Position numbers and translations under genes: made by a program. The notes beneath the pieces are model-generated. The model saw only the letters and a program-made list of their open reading frames with translations, was not told the origin of the DNA and searched no databases. Positions 18,311-25,418 of a DNA stretch of 33,967 nucleotides are shown piece by piece. Each line of letters begins with the position of its first letter. Positions within the stretch are counted from its first letter, which is position 1. Origin of the DNA: Candidatus Pacearchaeota archaeon (GTDB taxonomy: Archaea; Nanobdellota; Nanobdellia; Pacearchaeales; GW2011-AR1); assembly GCA_017609045.1 (NCBI GenBank), contig JAFCES010000001.1, forward strand, positions 1 through 33,967, in the 5' to 3' direction.

Positions 18311-18484
18311 TTATGTTTTTTGTTTGAGCATCAATAATCTGGCTATGGCTTTTTTAATTTCTTTGGTTTTTAATTTACTCTCCCTTCCAGTCTTACTTTT
18401 CATCAACTCTAACTTTAAGTCTTTAATTTTCTCTTCTTTTTCCTTCTCACTTAGGTTTTTAATATCCTTCATTTTTATTCCCAT
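18311..18484 (-). CDS. rpl29: 50S ribosomal protein uL29 (57 aa, below the ORF-track cutoff)
   Basis: Hand translation gives [57 protein letters not shown] followed by a stop. This fits the L29 pattern (helix, G-rich turn, IARL helix). It exactly fills the gap between rps3 and sui1. An alternative in-frame ATG is at 18472. Confidence 0.85.
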   Translation of the reverse strand: MGIKMKDIKNLSEKEKEEKIKDLKLELMKSKTGRESKLKTKEIKKAIARLLMLKQKT

Positions 18485-18485
18485 T

Positions 18486-19166
18486 TTATTTTTCCCCCTC
18501 TTTTTTCTTTTTTACTTCTTTCTTAGCCTTCTTTTCCTCTCCTACTTTTTTTTCTCCCAACTTACTAAATAATTCTGGAGTTAGATTAATTTGATCATGA
18601 ATCTTTACATCAGGTGGCAGGATAGACACTTTAATTCCAATTGTTCCAGATACTGTCTCTGCTTCTGCTTCTGCTCTATTTACTATTTTAGCTGTATCCC
18701 CTACTTTTTTCAGATAACCATAAGCAAATCTCCAACTTCTTGCTCTCTCACTCGGCAACTTTCCACTTAACCTAATTTCTACTCCTAAAGCCCCTGCTTT
18801 TACAACTCTCTCTAACATTCTATAAGATATGACCTTAAATCTGGAGCTGCCAAATCTCTCTAAAGCAGTGGCTAACTCATCTGCCACATATTGGGCATCA
18901 TACTCTGGTTTTTCTATTTCTTTCATCTCTATGTGAGGGTTTTCAAGACTAAATTTTTTCCTTAACACCTCTGTCAATTCGATTACCCTTTCTCCTTTTC
19001 TTCCTATGACATAACCTGGTTTATTAGTTGTGATAGTAATTTTCTCTCCTAAAGGAGTATACTCTATTTTTATAGAGGACATTTTACCTTTACCCAATTC
19101 TTTTTTTATGAACTCCTTTACTCCAAACTCATCTTTCTTTAATTGGACAAATTTTCTCTCCTCCAT
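18486..19166 (-). CDS. rps3: 30S ribosomal protein uS3 with a K/E-rich C-terminal tail
   Basis: KH-domain pattern ITITTNKPGYVIGRKGERV, then GALGVEIRLSGKL. The track start at 19193 is TTG and overlaps rpl22. I prefer the ATG at 19164-19166, 1 nt after the rpl22 stop. Confidence 0.9.
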   Translation of the reverse strand: MEERKFVQLKKDEFGVKEFIKKELGKGKMSSIKIEYTPLGEKITITTNKPGYVIGRKGERVIELTEVLRKKFSLENPHIEMKEIEKPEYDAQYVADELATALERFGSSRFKVISYRMLERVVKAGALGVEIRLSGKLPSERARSWRFAYGYLKKVGDTAKIVNRAEAEAETVSGTIGIKVSILPPDVKIHDQINLTPELFSKLGEKKVGEEKKAKKEVKKKKEGEK

Positions 19167-19167
19167 T

Positions 19168-19767
19168 TTATTTTGCCTTCTTTCCCTCCTCAATTTCTTT
19201 CTTTCCAGTTTTCTTATCTTTGGCTATTAATAAGATATGGGTTCTTTTAAATCTCTTTGAACCGAATCTTCTATAAGGCCTTGAAGCTTGGTCAGCTTTT
19301 GCCACGAAAATATAAGGCTCCTCTAAACCATTTACAGAAGAATTTGCAGCTAAACTTTTCAGCAGCTTGATGAAAACTTTACAAGCTTTAATAGGATATC
19401 TTCCTCTTTCTCTTCCTTTTCCTTTTCTATGGGGTATCTCTCCTTTCATCTTAATCGGCTTTTCTTTCTTCAAAACTTTTTCTAGTTCAGCTACTGCTTT
19501 TTCCATTTTCTTTCCCCTAACAAGCCTGCAGATTGCAACAGAATGTTTAGTTGATATATGAAGGTCTTTTCCTCTTACTATGGCTCGTGTTTTCTTTTTT
19601 ATTTCTGGTTTTTCCTTCTTGCCTTTCCCTTCTGTTTTCTTTTCCTTTTTTTCTGATTTTTCTTTTTTCTCTGCAGTTCCCTCTATCATTTTCTCTTCTA
19701 CTTTTCCTTTTTTTGTTTCTTCTTTCATTTTCTCTTCTATTTTTTGTTTAGGTTTTTCTTCTTTCAT
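19168..19767 (-). CDS. rpl22: 50S ribosomal protein uL22 with a K/E-rich N-terminal extension of about 60 aa
   Basis: L22 core AIVRGKDLHISTKHSVAICRLVRGK. The ATG lies 1 nt after the rps19 stop, so the extension is in frame from a canonical start. Confidence 0.9.
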   Translation of the reverse strand: MKEEKPKQKIEEKMKEETKKGKVEEKMIEGTAEKKEKSEKKEKKTEGKGKKEKPEIKKKTRAIVRGKDLHISTKHSVAICRLVRGKKMEKAVAELEKVLKKEKPIKMKGEIPHRKGKGRERGRYPIKACKVFIKLLKSLAANSSVNGLEEPYIFVAKADQASRPYRRFGSKRFKRTHILLIAKDKKTGKKEIEEGKKAK

Positions 19768-19768
19768 T

Positions 19769-20167
19769 TTACTTAACTGATAAGGCAGCTGAACTTCTCG
19801 TAGCCCCTATACCCGGAGCTCCATGTTTGACCTGTCTTCTAGTAACTGCAAACTCTCCTAATCTATGACCCAACATTTCAGCTGTAATTTTAATAGGAGT
19901 AAATTCTTTTCCATTATAAACATAAATGGTCAAGCCAATCATTTGAGGGACTATTACTAAGTCCCTATTGTGTGTCCTAATTTTCTCTTTTTTCTTGCAT
20001 TTTTTCAAGAATCTTTCAACAACATCAAAATTCCTCATTATTGTTCTCCTCTCTCTCGACTTTAGATATCTCGCGAATTCTCTGATGTCCAGAGGTTTTA
20101 GTTCATCAAGAGTTTTCCCTCTAAATGTAAACTGCTTTTTTCTTTCTACTCTTACTGCTGTTGCCAT
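19769..20167 (-). CDS. rps19: 30S ribosomal protein uS19
   Basis: GKEFTPIKITAEMLGHRLGEFAVTRRQVKHGAPGIGATRSS is typical of S19. Confidence 0.95.
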   Translation of the reverse strand: MATAVRVERKKQFTFRGKTLDELKPLDIREFARYLKSRERRTIMRNFDVVERFLKKCKKKEKIRTHNRDLVIVPQMIGLTIYVYNGKEFTPIKITAEMLGHRLGEFAVTRRQVKHGAPGIGATRSSAALSVK

Positions 20168-20169
20168 TT

Positions 20170-20880
20170 TTACTTCTTTCTCCTGCCTGTTTTCTTCGGC
20201 TTTAAACTTCCTACTTTGGCTCCTGGAGGAGCGTTTCTCTTTGGAGTTTTTCCTTTTCTACCATGACTTATATTTTTTCCTCTCCCACTCCCAAAAGGGT
20301 GGTCATAAACATTCATTTTTACAGCAGAGATTCTAGGCCATAATTTTCCCTTACTTTTGGCAAGATAGAATTTCCTACCAGCCTTGATAAGAGGCTTTTC
20401 TAATCTGCCAGCCCCTGCTGCTTCTCCTATACTTGCTCTACATTTTTCATCAAACCAAATTTCCTTCTTTGAAGGCAACAATACAGCTACTTTTCCCTCA
20501 GCTTTTTTAGTTACTATAGCTTTATTTCCTCCACTTCGTATTAACTTTCCACCGTCTCCTGGTCTTCTCTCTATATTGAAAATTTCTGCGCCTATAGGAA
20601 TTTTTTTCAAACTAAGTATGTTTCCTGCTTTTATTTCTTTTCCTCCTATTTCTATTTCCTGCCCTTCAAATAAATTCTGGGTAGCTGGATTAAAGAAAAT
20701 TTCTTTGTTAAGTTTAATCTTTGCAAGAGGAGCTGTATGCCCTCCCGAGTATATCAGCTTTAATACTCTCCCTTTACCCTTTCCAGAGGGATATTTGACT
20801 CTATACTTAAAAGCTTTTCTTCTAGCTCTATATGTAGAAGAGCCTCTCCCTCGTCTCTGTTGTATTATTCTTTTTCCCAT
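20170..20880 (-). CDS. rpl2: 50S ribosomal protein uL2
   Basis: GKRIIQQRRGRGSSTYRA ... MNVYDHPFGSGRG is typical of L2. Confidence 0.95.
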   Translation of the reverse strand: MGKRIIQQRRGRGSSTYRARRKAFKYRVKYPSGKGKGRVLKLIYSGGHTAPLAKIKLNKEIFFNPATQNLFEGQEIEIGGKEIKAGNILSLKKIPIGAEIFNIERRPGDGGKLIRSGGNKAIVTKKAEGKVAVLLPSKKEIWFDEKCRASIGEAAGAGRLEKPLIKAGRKFYLAKSKGKLWPRISAVKMNVYDHPFGSGRGKNISHGRKGKTPKRNAPPGAKVGSLKPKKTGRRKK

Positions 20881-20881
20881 T

Positions 20882-21124
20882 TTACATCATTCCAAGTTTA
20901 GTAGCCAAGTCTATAGCCGGATTTTTCTTGTCCAGTTTTATATAAGCAAGCTTTTTGTTTTTTCTTGTATGAGTTCTTATTCTCTCCACCTTAACATTAA
21001 ACAGCTTCTCTATTTCTTTCTTTATTTTTGTCTTGTTTTTTCTCCTGTCCACCTCAAAAAGCAGAGTATTCTCTAACTCAATTAATTTAACAGCTTTTTC
21101 AGTTGCTATTGGTCTTATTATCAT
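20882..21124 (-). CDS. rpl23: 50S ribosomal protein uL23
   Basis: IIRPIATEKAVKLIELENTLLFEVDRR...VKVERIRT is typical of L23. Confidence 0.9.
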   Translation of the reverse strand: MIIRPIATEKAVKLIELENTLLFEVDRRKNKTKIKKEIEKLFNVKVERIRTHTRKNKKLAYIKLDKKNPAIDLATKLGMM

Positions 21125-21759
21125 TTTAACAAATATTTTGGAATCGGAAATTCTTTGAATTTAGGAAATAAACTCTTTCCGTATATTAACCTTGAAAAAC
21201 ATTCTGCTTCTAGTTTAGTATCTTCTAACGCGTTATGAGGTTTGCCCTCTTGAATAACTTTTCCGTCTTTGAGTTGTATTCTCTCATCTGTTAATCCGCA
21301 GAATTCTAATACTGAAGGTAAGTTCATAGCGTTCTCTTTATAATCATCTAATAAAAATTTACCATAAATCTGAAAATATCTTGTTTGTGCAACAGAACAC
21401 AAATCTAAACTTCTGTATCTTGTTTTAATATTAATTCCATATTTTTCAGCTTTCATTTTTAGGAAATTCAAATCAAAAAATCCTATGTTATGTCCAGCCA
21501 AAATTCTAATTTCTTGTTCTTCAATCCATTTAAAGAAATGCTCTAATAATTCTTTTTGTGTTTGTTTTTTTTGGTCTCTCATTTCCTCTTCACTAAAGCC
21601 ATTTACTATTGTTGCCTCTTTTATAATTTCGTCTTCTTCATCTAAACTACATTCTTCATAAAACTCTTTTTTAAGGTCATTAAGACAGATAGCTCCAATT
21701 GAAACAATTCCGTTCTTTATTGGACTAAACCCACTTGTTTCAATATCTAAAATTATCAT
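21121..21759 (-). CDS. DEDDh-type 3'-5' exonuclease (DnaQ/RNase T-like fold) embedded in the ribosomal protein operon
   Basis: ExoI is IILDIETSG, ExoII is LAGHNIGFFDLNFL, and ExoIII is HNALEDTKLEAE (Hx4D). Its ATG overlaps the rpl4 TGA (21756-21759). Its TGA overlaps the rpl23 ATG (21121-21124). Confidence 0.85.
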   Translation of the reverse strand: MIILDIETSGFSPIKNGIVSIGAICLNDLKKEFYEECSLDEEDEIIKEATIVNGFSEEEMRDQKKQTQKELLEHFFKWIEEQEIRILAGHNIGFFDLNFLKMKAEKYGINIKTRYRSLDLCSVAQTRYFQIYGKFLLDDYKENAMNLPSVLEFCGLTDERIQLKDGKVIQEGKPHNALEDTKLEAECFSRLIYGKSLFPKFKEFPIPKYLLK

Positions 21760-22490
21760 TTTTCCTCCTTCTCTTTTTTCTCAAATAATTTACTTAAATC
21801 TTGAATTGCCTGTTCAGTATATATAACAAGTCTACCAAGAGGATATAAATCAGCTATACTAAGTTCAGAAATTTTTCTTATATCTATCCCACTAAACTTC
21901 GCCTTCTCATTCTTACCTATAACAAGAAGCAAGCCTGCTGTTTTTTTATATTTTCTCCCCCTCATCTTCCCTTTTCCTGCTCTTATCTTTTTCTTTTTTT
22001 CAGCTAGCTTGTAGTTTTCTTTTAAAATCTTTTTAAGTAAAGAGAAAAACTCTTTTGTTTTTAGTTTTAGAATTTTTTCATCTATAACCAAAGGCAGCTC
22101 CTTTATTTCTCCTACCAGAGTTTCATATCTTCTCTTTAAATATTCCGGCTTACTTGTTGCGCTGAGAGCCGAAACTAAAGCTGCTCTAAACTCTTTCTTA
22201 TTGACTTTTATTTTTTTCAGAAAATGTTCCAGTTTAGGGGGATGAGCTCTCCTTCCTCCCCTCACACTAGCTAAAGTAGCCCCAGCCCAGTAAAACTGAC
22301 TTCCTCTTCTCCAAAACACTTTTCTCGGCACTCTTGAAATTCCTCTTCCAGCAGCTGTTTTCCATTTTATCTTTTTGTTTGCCTCATAAACTTTTTGCGC
22401 GATGTCTGGTCTGATCTTGCCAGAAAAGCAAACAGGCAGTTTTATCTCTTTTCTTGCTTTTCCTTCTTTGTCTAAAATTTTAGCTTTCAT
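21756..22490 (-). CDS. rpl4: 50S ribosomal protein uL4
   Basis: GRGISRVPRK...VRGGRRAHPPK is typical of archaeal L4. Operon position is after rpl3. Confidence 0.9.
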   Translation of the reverse strand: MKAKILDKEGKARKEIKLPVCFSGKIRPDIAQKVYEANKKIKWKTAAGRGISRVPRKVFWRRGSQFYWAGATLASVRGGRRAHPPKLEHFLKKIKVNKKEFRAALVSALSATSKPEYLKRRYETLVGEIKELPLVIDEKILKLKTKEFFSLLKKILKENYKLAEKKKKIRAGKGKMRGRKYKKTAGLLLVIGKNEKAKFSGIDIRKISELSIADLYPLGRLVIYTEQAIQDLSKLFEKKEKEEK

Positions 22491-23443
22491 CTTAAACCAA
22501 TAAACTCATACTCCTTTTTACTTTGTTTTTTAGTAGGCCTTAAAACCCTTGTGAGGAGAAGCTGCCTTTTTGCTGGCCCTTGGACACTTCCTTGCAAGAT
22601 TATATATTCAGTCTTAATCTCACCATAATTTTTCCATCCACCTTTTGGATTTATGTTTTCTTCAGATATTTTTCCTAACTTTATGATTTTAGAATTATAC
22701 TTTACTCTTGTAAACATTCCGAGTTGACCAGCCATTGGCACACGAAAGGAAACTCTGGCTGGATGCCATGGACCAATGCTTCCTGGACGCCTCCTTCCTT
22801 TTTCAGCTTTATGCTGTTTCAGTTTAATGCCAAATCTTTTTACTGGCCCTGCTGTACCCTTTCCTTTAGTTAGCCCTCTCACGTCAACTAAACTAATTTC
22901 ATTTAAAATTTCACTTGCTAAAATTTCCTTTCCTAGTTTATCCTTGATAAATTTAAGCTTCTCTTCTATACTTCCTTCTAAACCCAGCTCTATGAGGTCA
23001 GGAGTTTTTTTAATCCTTGTAGTTTTAACCTGAGAATAAACTATAATTCTGATGTCATCATAATCCTTTATCTCCTCTATTCTTTTAACTTTCTTTTCCT
23101 TTTTTGGCATCTTCAGTTTTCTCTTCAATTCTCTATCTAAATTCTCAGCTAAAATCTCTTCTTTCACTTTTCCGTCTTTGTAGAAGCGGACAGAAAAAAT
23201 TTTCATAGGAGGCAGCTCAAGAACTGTAACAGGAATAACTATTCTCTTATCTTTTGTAAGGGAATTTAGTGTAGAATCTTTAACAACACAAGAAGTCATA
23301 CCCACTTTATAGCCAATAAAACCTAAAAACCCTTTTTCTTCAGAAGAAATAGCTTTCCAGTTTACACTAGGCAAAAACTTTCTCGCCCTTTTCCTGGGCC
23401 AAAACTGTAACGAACCTGCTCGAGGTTTACTATGTTTAGGCAT
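22487..23443 (-). CDS. rpl3: 50S ribosomal protein uL3
   Basis: KPRAGSLQFWPRKRA ... GFIGYKVGMT is typical of archaeal L3. It is the first gene of the cluster. Confidence 0.95.
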   Translation of the reverse strand: MPKHSKPRAGSLQFWPRKRARKFLPSVNWKAISSEEKGFLGFIGYKVGMTSCVVKDSTLNSLTKDKRIVIPVTVLELPPMKIFSVRFYKDGKVKEEILAENLDRELKRKLKMPKKEKKVKRIEEIKDYDDIRIIVYSQVKTTRIKKTPDLIELGLEGSIEEKLKFIKDKLGKEILASEILNEISLVDVRGLTKGKGTAGPVKRFGIKLKQHKAEKGRRRPGSIGPWHPARVSFRVPMAGQLGMFTRVKYNSKIIKLGKISEENINPKGGWKNYGEIKTEYIILQGSVQGPAKRQLLLTRVLRPTKKQSKKEYEFIGLR

Positions 23444-23628
23444 ATTCTAGTTAATTTTTTTAAATTTAGCTTAAAGCTCATTTTACCACACCATACACCT
23501 ATTAACTCAAAAAAACAAAGAAAAAGAGGATTTATAAAGGTTTTCTCTTTTGTTTTTCTAATTTTCCTATTAATTTTCTTATCAAACCTTTTCTTTTATA
23601 TCTGTAATATTCCCTAATACTCTTCATT

Positions 23629-24297
23629 TTAAACCTCAAAATCCTTCTCTTCTCTCATCTCTCTGCCATCAACCTTTAACTTCCTTATAATCTTGCCTTT
23701 TCTTTTAGTTTTTAATCTGATTTTTTCAAAATTTATTTCTCCTTCTGGCATGATTAACTCTGTAATATTATAGCTGTGTTCTGCCCTTATTTTCTTGCCC
23801 CCAGGAACATCCCAAAAAAAAGCCTGTTTAATCTTCTCATAGAATTTCAAGTCAGCTTCAAACTGACAGAATTTATCATTAACTTTCCCCTCTCCCGACT
23901 TGCCTGGTTTTGGGAGCTTCTTTTTTATCTTTAACTTGAGCTCGGAAGTTTCAGCATCCAACAACATAAAATAAACTTTATCAGAAATTTCTCTAACCTT
24001 TTCACTTTCAATTTCAGAAACATCATAAACATGCAAACCAGCTTTGTTTTTTTCTCCTTGCAAATTCAAAGGCTTCTTACTCAAAATAACGCCGGAAAAT
24101 TTAACATTTGCAAGTTCGGAAACGAGCAAGACAAAATCATTAGCAAACTCAAAACTCCCCTTTAACTTAACTTTAGAATTTTTGCGTAAACTAATTACAG
24201 CTCTTCCTTCATAACTACCTTTACCAAATCTTACAAATTGATTATGTACAGCCTCATCTACCCTATCCTGAAAAATTTTTTTAATAAAGCAGTCCAT
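23629..24297 (-). CDS. Hypothetical soluble protein (222 aa), no domain recognised
   Basis: Long ORF with an ATG start and normal, non-low-complexity composition. It is co-oriented with and 185 nt upstream of rpl3, and divergent from the AI-2E permease gene. Confidence 0.6.
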   Translation of the reverse strand: MDCFIKKIFQDRVDEAVHNQFVRFGKGSYEGRAVISLRKNSKVKLKGSFEFANDFVLLVSELANVKFSGVILSKKPLNLQGEKNKAGLHVYDVSEIESEKVREISDKVYFMLLDAETSELKLKIKKKLPKPGKSGEGKVNDKFCQFEADLKFYEKIKQAFFWDVPGGKKIRAEHSYNITELIMPEGEINFEKIRLKTKRKGKIIRKLKVDGREMREEKDFEV

Positions 24298-24337
24298 TTT
24301 TAATAAGGTTTATAAATCTCCGCCTCCTCTTTAAAAT

Positions 24338-25372
24338 ATGATAGAAGAAAAGATGTTTAAAAAAGTATCTATATTTGTTTCTTTAGGAGTTCTTGCTGTA
24401 CTGACTATCCTTGTTCTTTCACCTCTACTGACAGCTATCATTACAGGTCTTATCCTTTCTTATATCTTTTATCCAGCCTATAAAAAAATTCACAAAAGAG
24501 TAAAGGAAAAAAATATCTCCGCCTTAATAATAATTTTGTTTGTACTTTTTCTTATTTTTGTTCCTTTGTGGTTTTTATTGCCATTAGCTGTAAAGCAGAT
24601 TTTTGATATCTACCTTTACCTGCAAAACATAAATCTATTAGAAATTATAAGAGAAATATTCCCTTCCCTCGCACAGACAGAGTTTTCGAGAGATTTTGCA
24701 GTCGCTCTCAACACTTTCCTCTCAAGCATAGCTAGCAGAATCTTCTCAGGCTTTTCTTCTATCCTCCTTAACTTACCCTCCCTTCTGCTAAAAGCGGTAG
24801 TTGTATTTTTTGTTTTCTTTTTTGGAATGAGAGATGCGGAACTTTTCATAAATTATTTCAAAAGCCTCTCTCCTTTCTCCAAGTCTCTAGAAAAAGACTT
24901 AAAACAAAAGTTTAAAAATATAACAAGTTCTGTTATCTATGGTTTTATTATCGTCGGAATTTTACAGGGTATTTTGACTGGTATAGGGCTTTTCATTTTT
25001 AGAATGCCTAACGCCATCCTTCTTACTATTCTTGCTATCCTTGGAGCTATTATACCTGTTTTAGGGGCATGGGTTGTTTGGCTTCCCTCTTCTGTATATT
25101 TAATATTCTCAGGACACTTGTTTTTAGGAATGGGCCTTGCCCTGTATGGGGGTTTGTTTGTCTCATGGGTAGATAATGTGATAAGACCCTATATTGTTGC
25201 AAGAAAAACTAAAATTTCTTCTGCAGTTGTTTTAATAGGAATGATAGGAGGTTTAATAGTGTTTGGAATATTGGGGTTGATAATTGGTCCTCTGATTCTC
25301 TCTTATTTACTAATCTTCTTAGATGCATATAGAAAAAAGAAATTTCCAGCTTTGTTTTTTCAGGGATCGTAG
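24338..25372 (+). CDS. AI-2E family transporter (PerM/UPF0118)
   Basis: Polytopic membrane ORF with the family motif WVDNVIRPYIVARK and the glycine-rich C-terminal helices typical of UPF0118. Confidence 0.85.
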   Translation: MIEEKMFKKVSIFVSLGVLAVLTILVLSPLLTAIITGLILSYIFYPAYKKIHKRVKEKNISALIIILFVLFLIFVPLWFLLPLAVKQIFDIYLYLQNINLLEIIREIFPSLAQTEFSRDFAVALNTFLSSIASRIFSGFSSILLNLPSLLLKAVVVFFVFFFGMRDAELFINYFKSLSPFSKSLEKDLKQKFKNITSSVIYGFIIVGILQGILTGIGLFIFRMPNAILLTILAILGAIIPVLGAWVVWLPSSVYLIFSGHLFLGMGLALYGGLFVSWVDNVIRPYIVARKTKISSAVVLIGMIGGLIVFGILGLIIGPLILSYLLIFLDAYRKKKFPALFFQGS

Positions 25373-25418
25373 CAAGATATAAAAAGCTATTAGTCTTGAA
25401 AAAAATAAAAAGAGGAAA

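Noticed and set aside
19167-19193. Track start codons at 19193 (rps3), 33713 (rpl1), 7814 (SpoIIM-like) and 31254 (small ORF).
   Set aside because: All four are TTG codons upstream of in-frame ATGs that abut the preceding stop or have a better-placed GGAGG. The ATG starts are used in the feature table.
11712-20336. Many plus-strand ORFs (60-145 aa) in the track overlap the ribosomal protein genes. Examples are 12584-12874, 12690-13085, 15497-15769, 16860-17297, 18324-18572, 19551-19780 and 19968-20336.
   Set aside because: Their translations are F/L/S-rich low complexity. They are the antisense mirror of the K/E-rich (AAG/GAA) codons of well-supported minus-strand r-protein genes, and none has a recognisable motif.
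20384-21076. A 230-aa plus-strand ORF antisense to rpl2 and rpl23.
   Set aside because: It lies entirely inside strongly supported rpl2/rpl23 coding sequence on the other strand. Its hydrophobic, proline-rich composition has no motif and is typical of an antisense shadow ORF.
23444-23628. An 11-bp palindrome AGCTTAAAGCT (23469-23479) and A/T-rich TATA-like boxes upstream of rpl3, considered as defined regulatory sites.
   Set aside because: In such an AT-rich spacer, TATA-like strings and short palindromes are expected by chance. Without TSS data I cannot choose among the candidates (TTTATAAA at 23531-23538, or the TTTAAA-containing stretch near 23455-23467).
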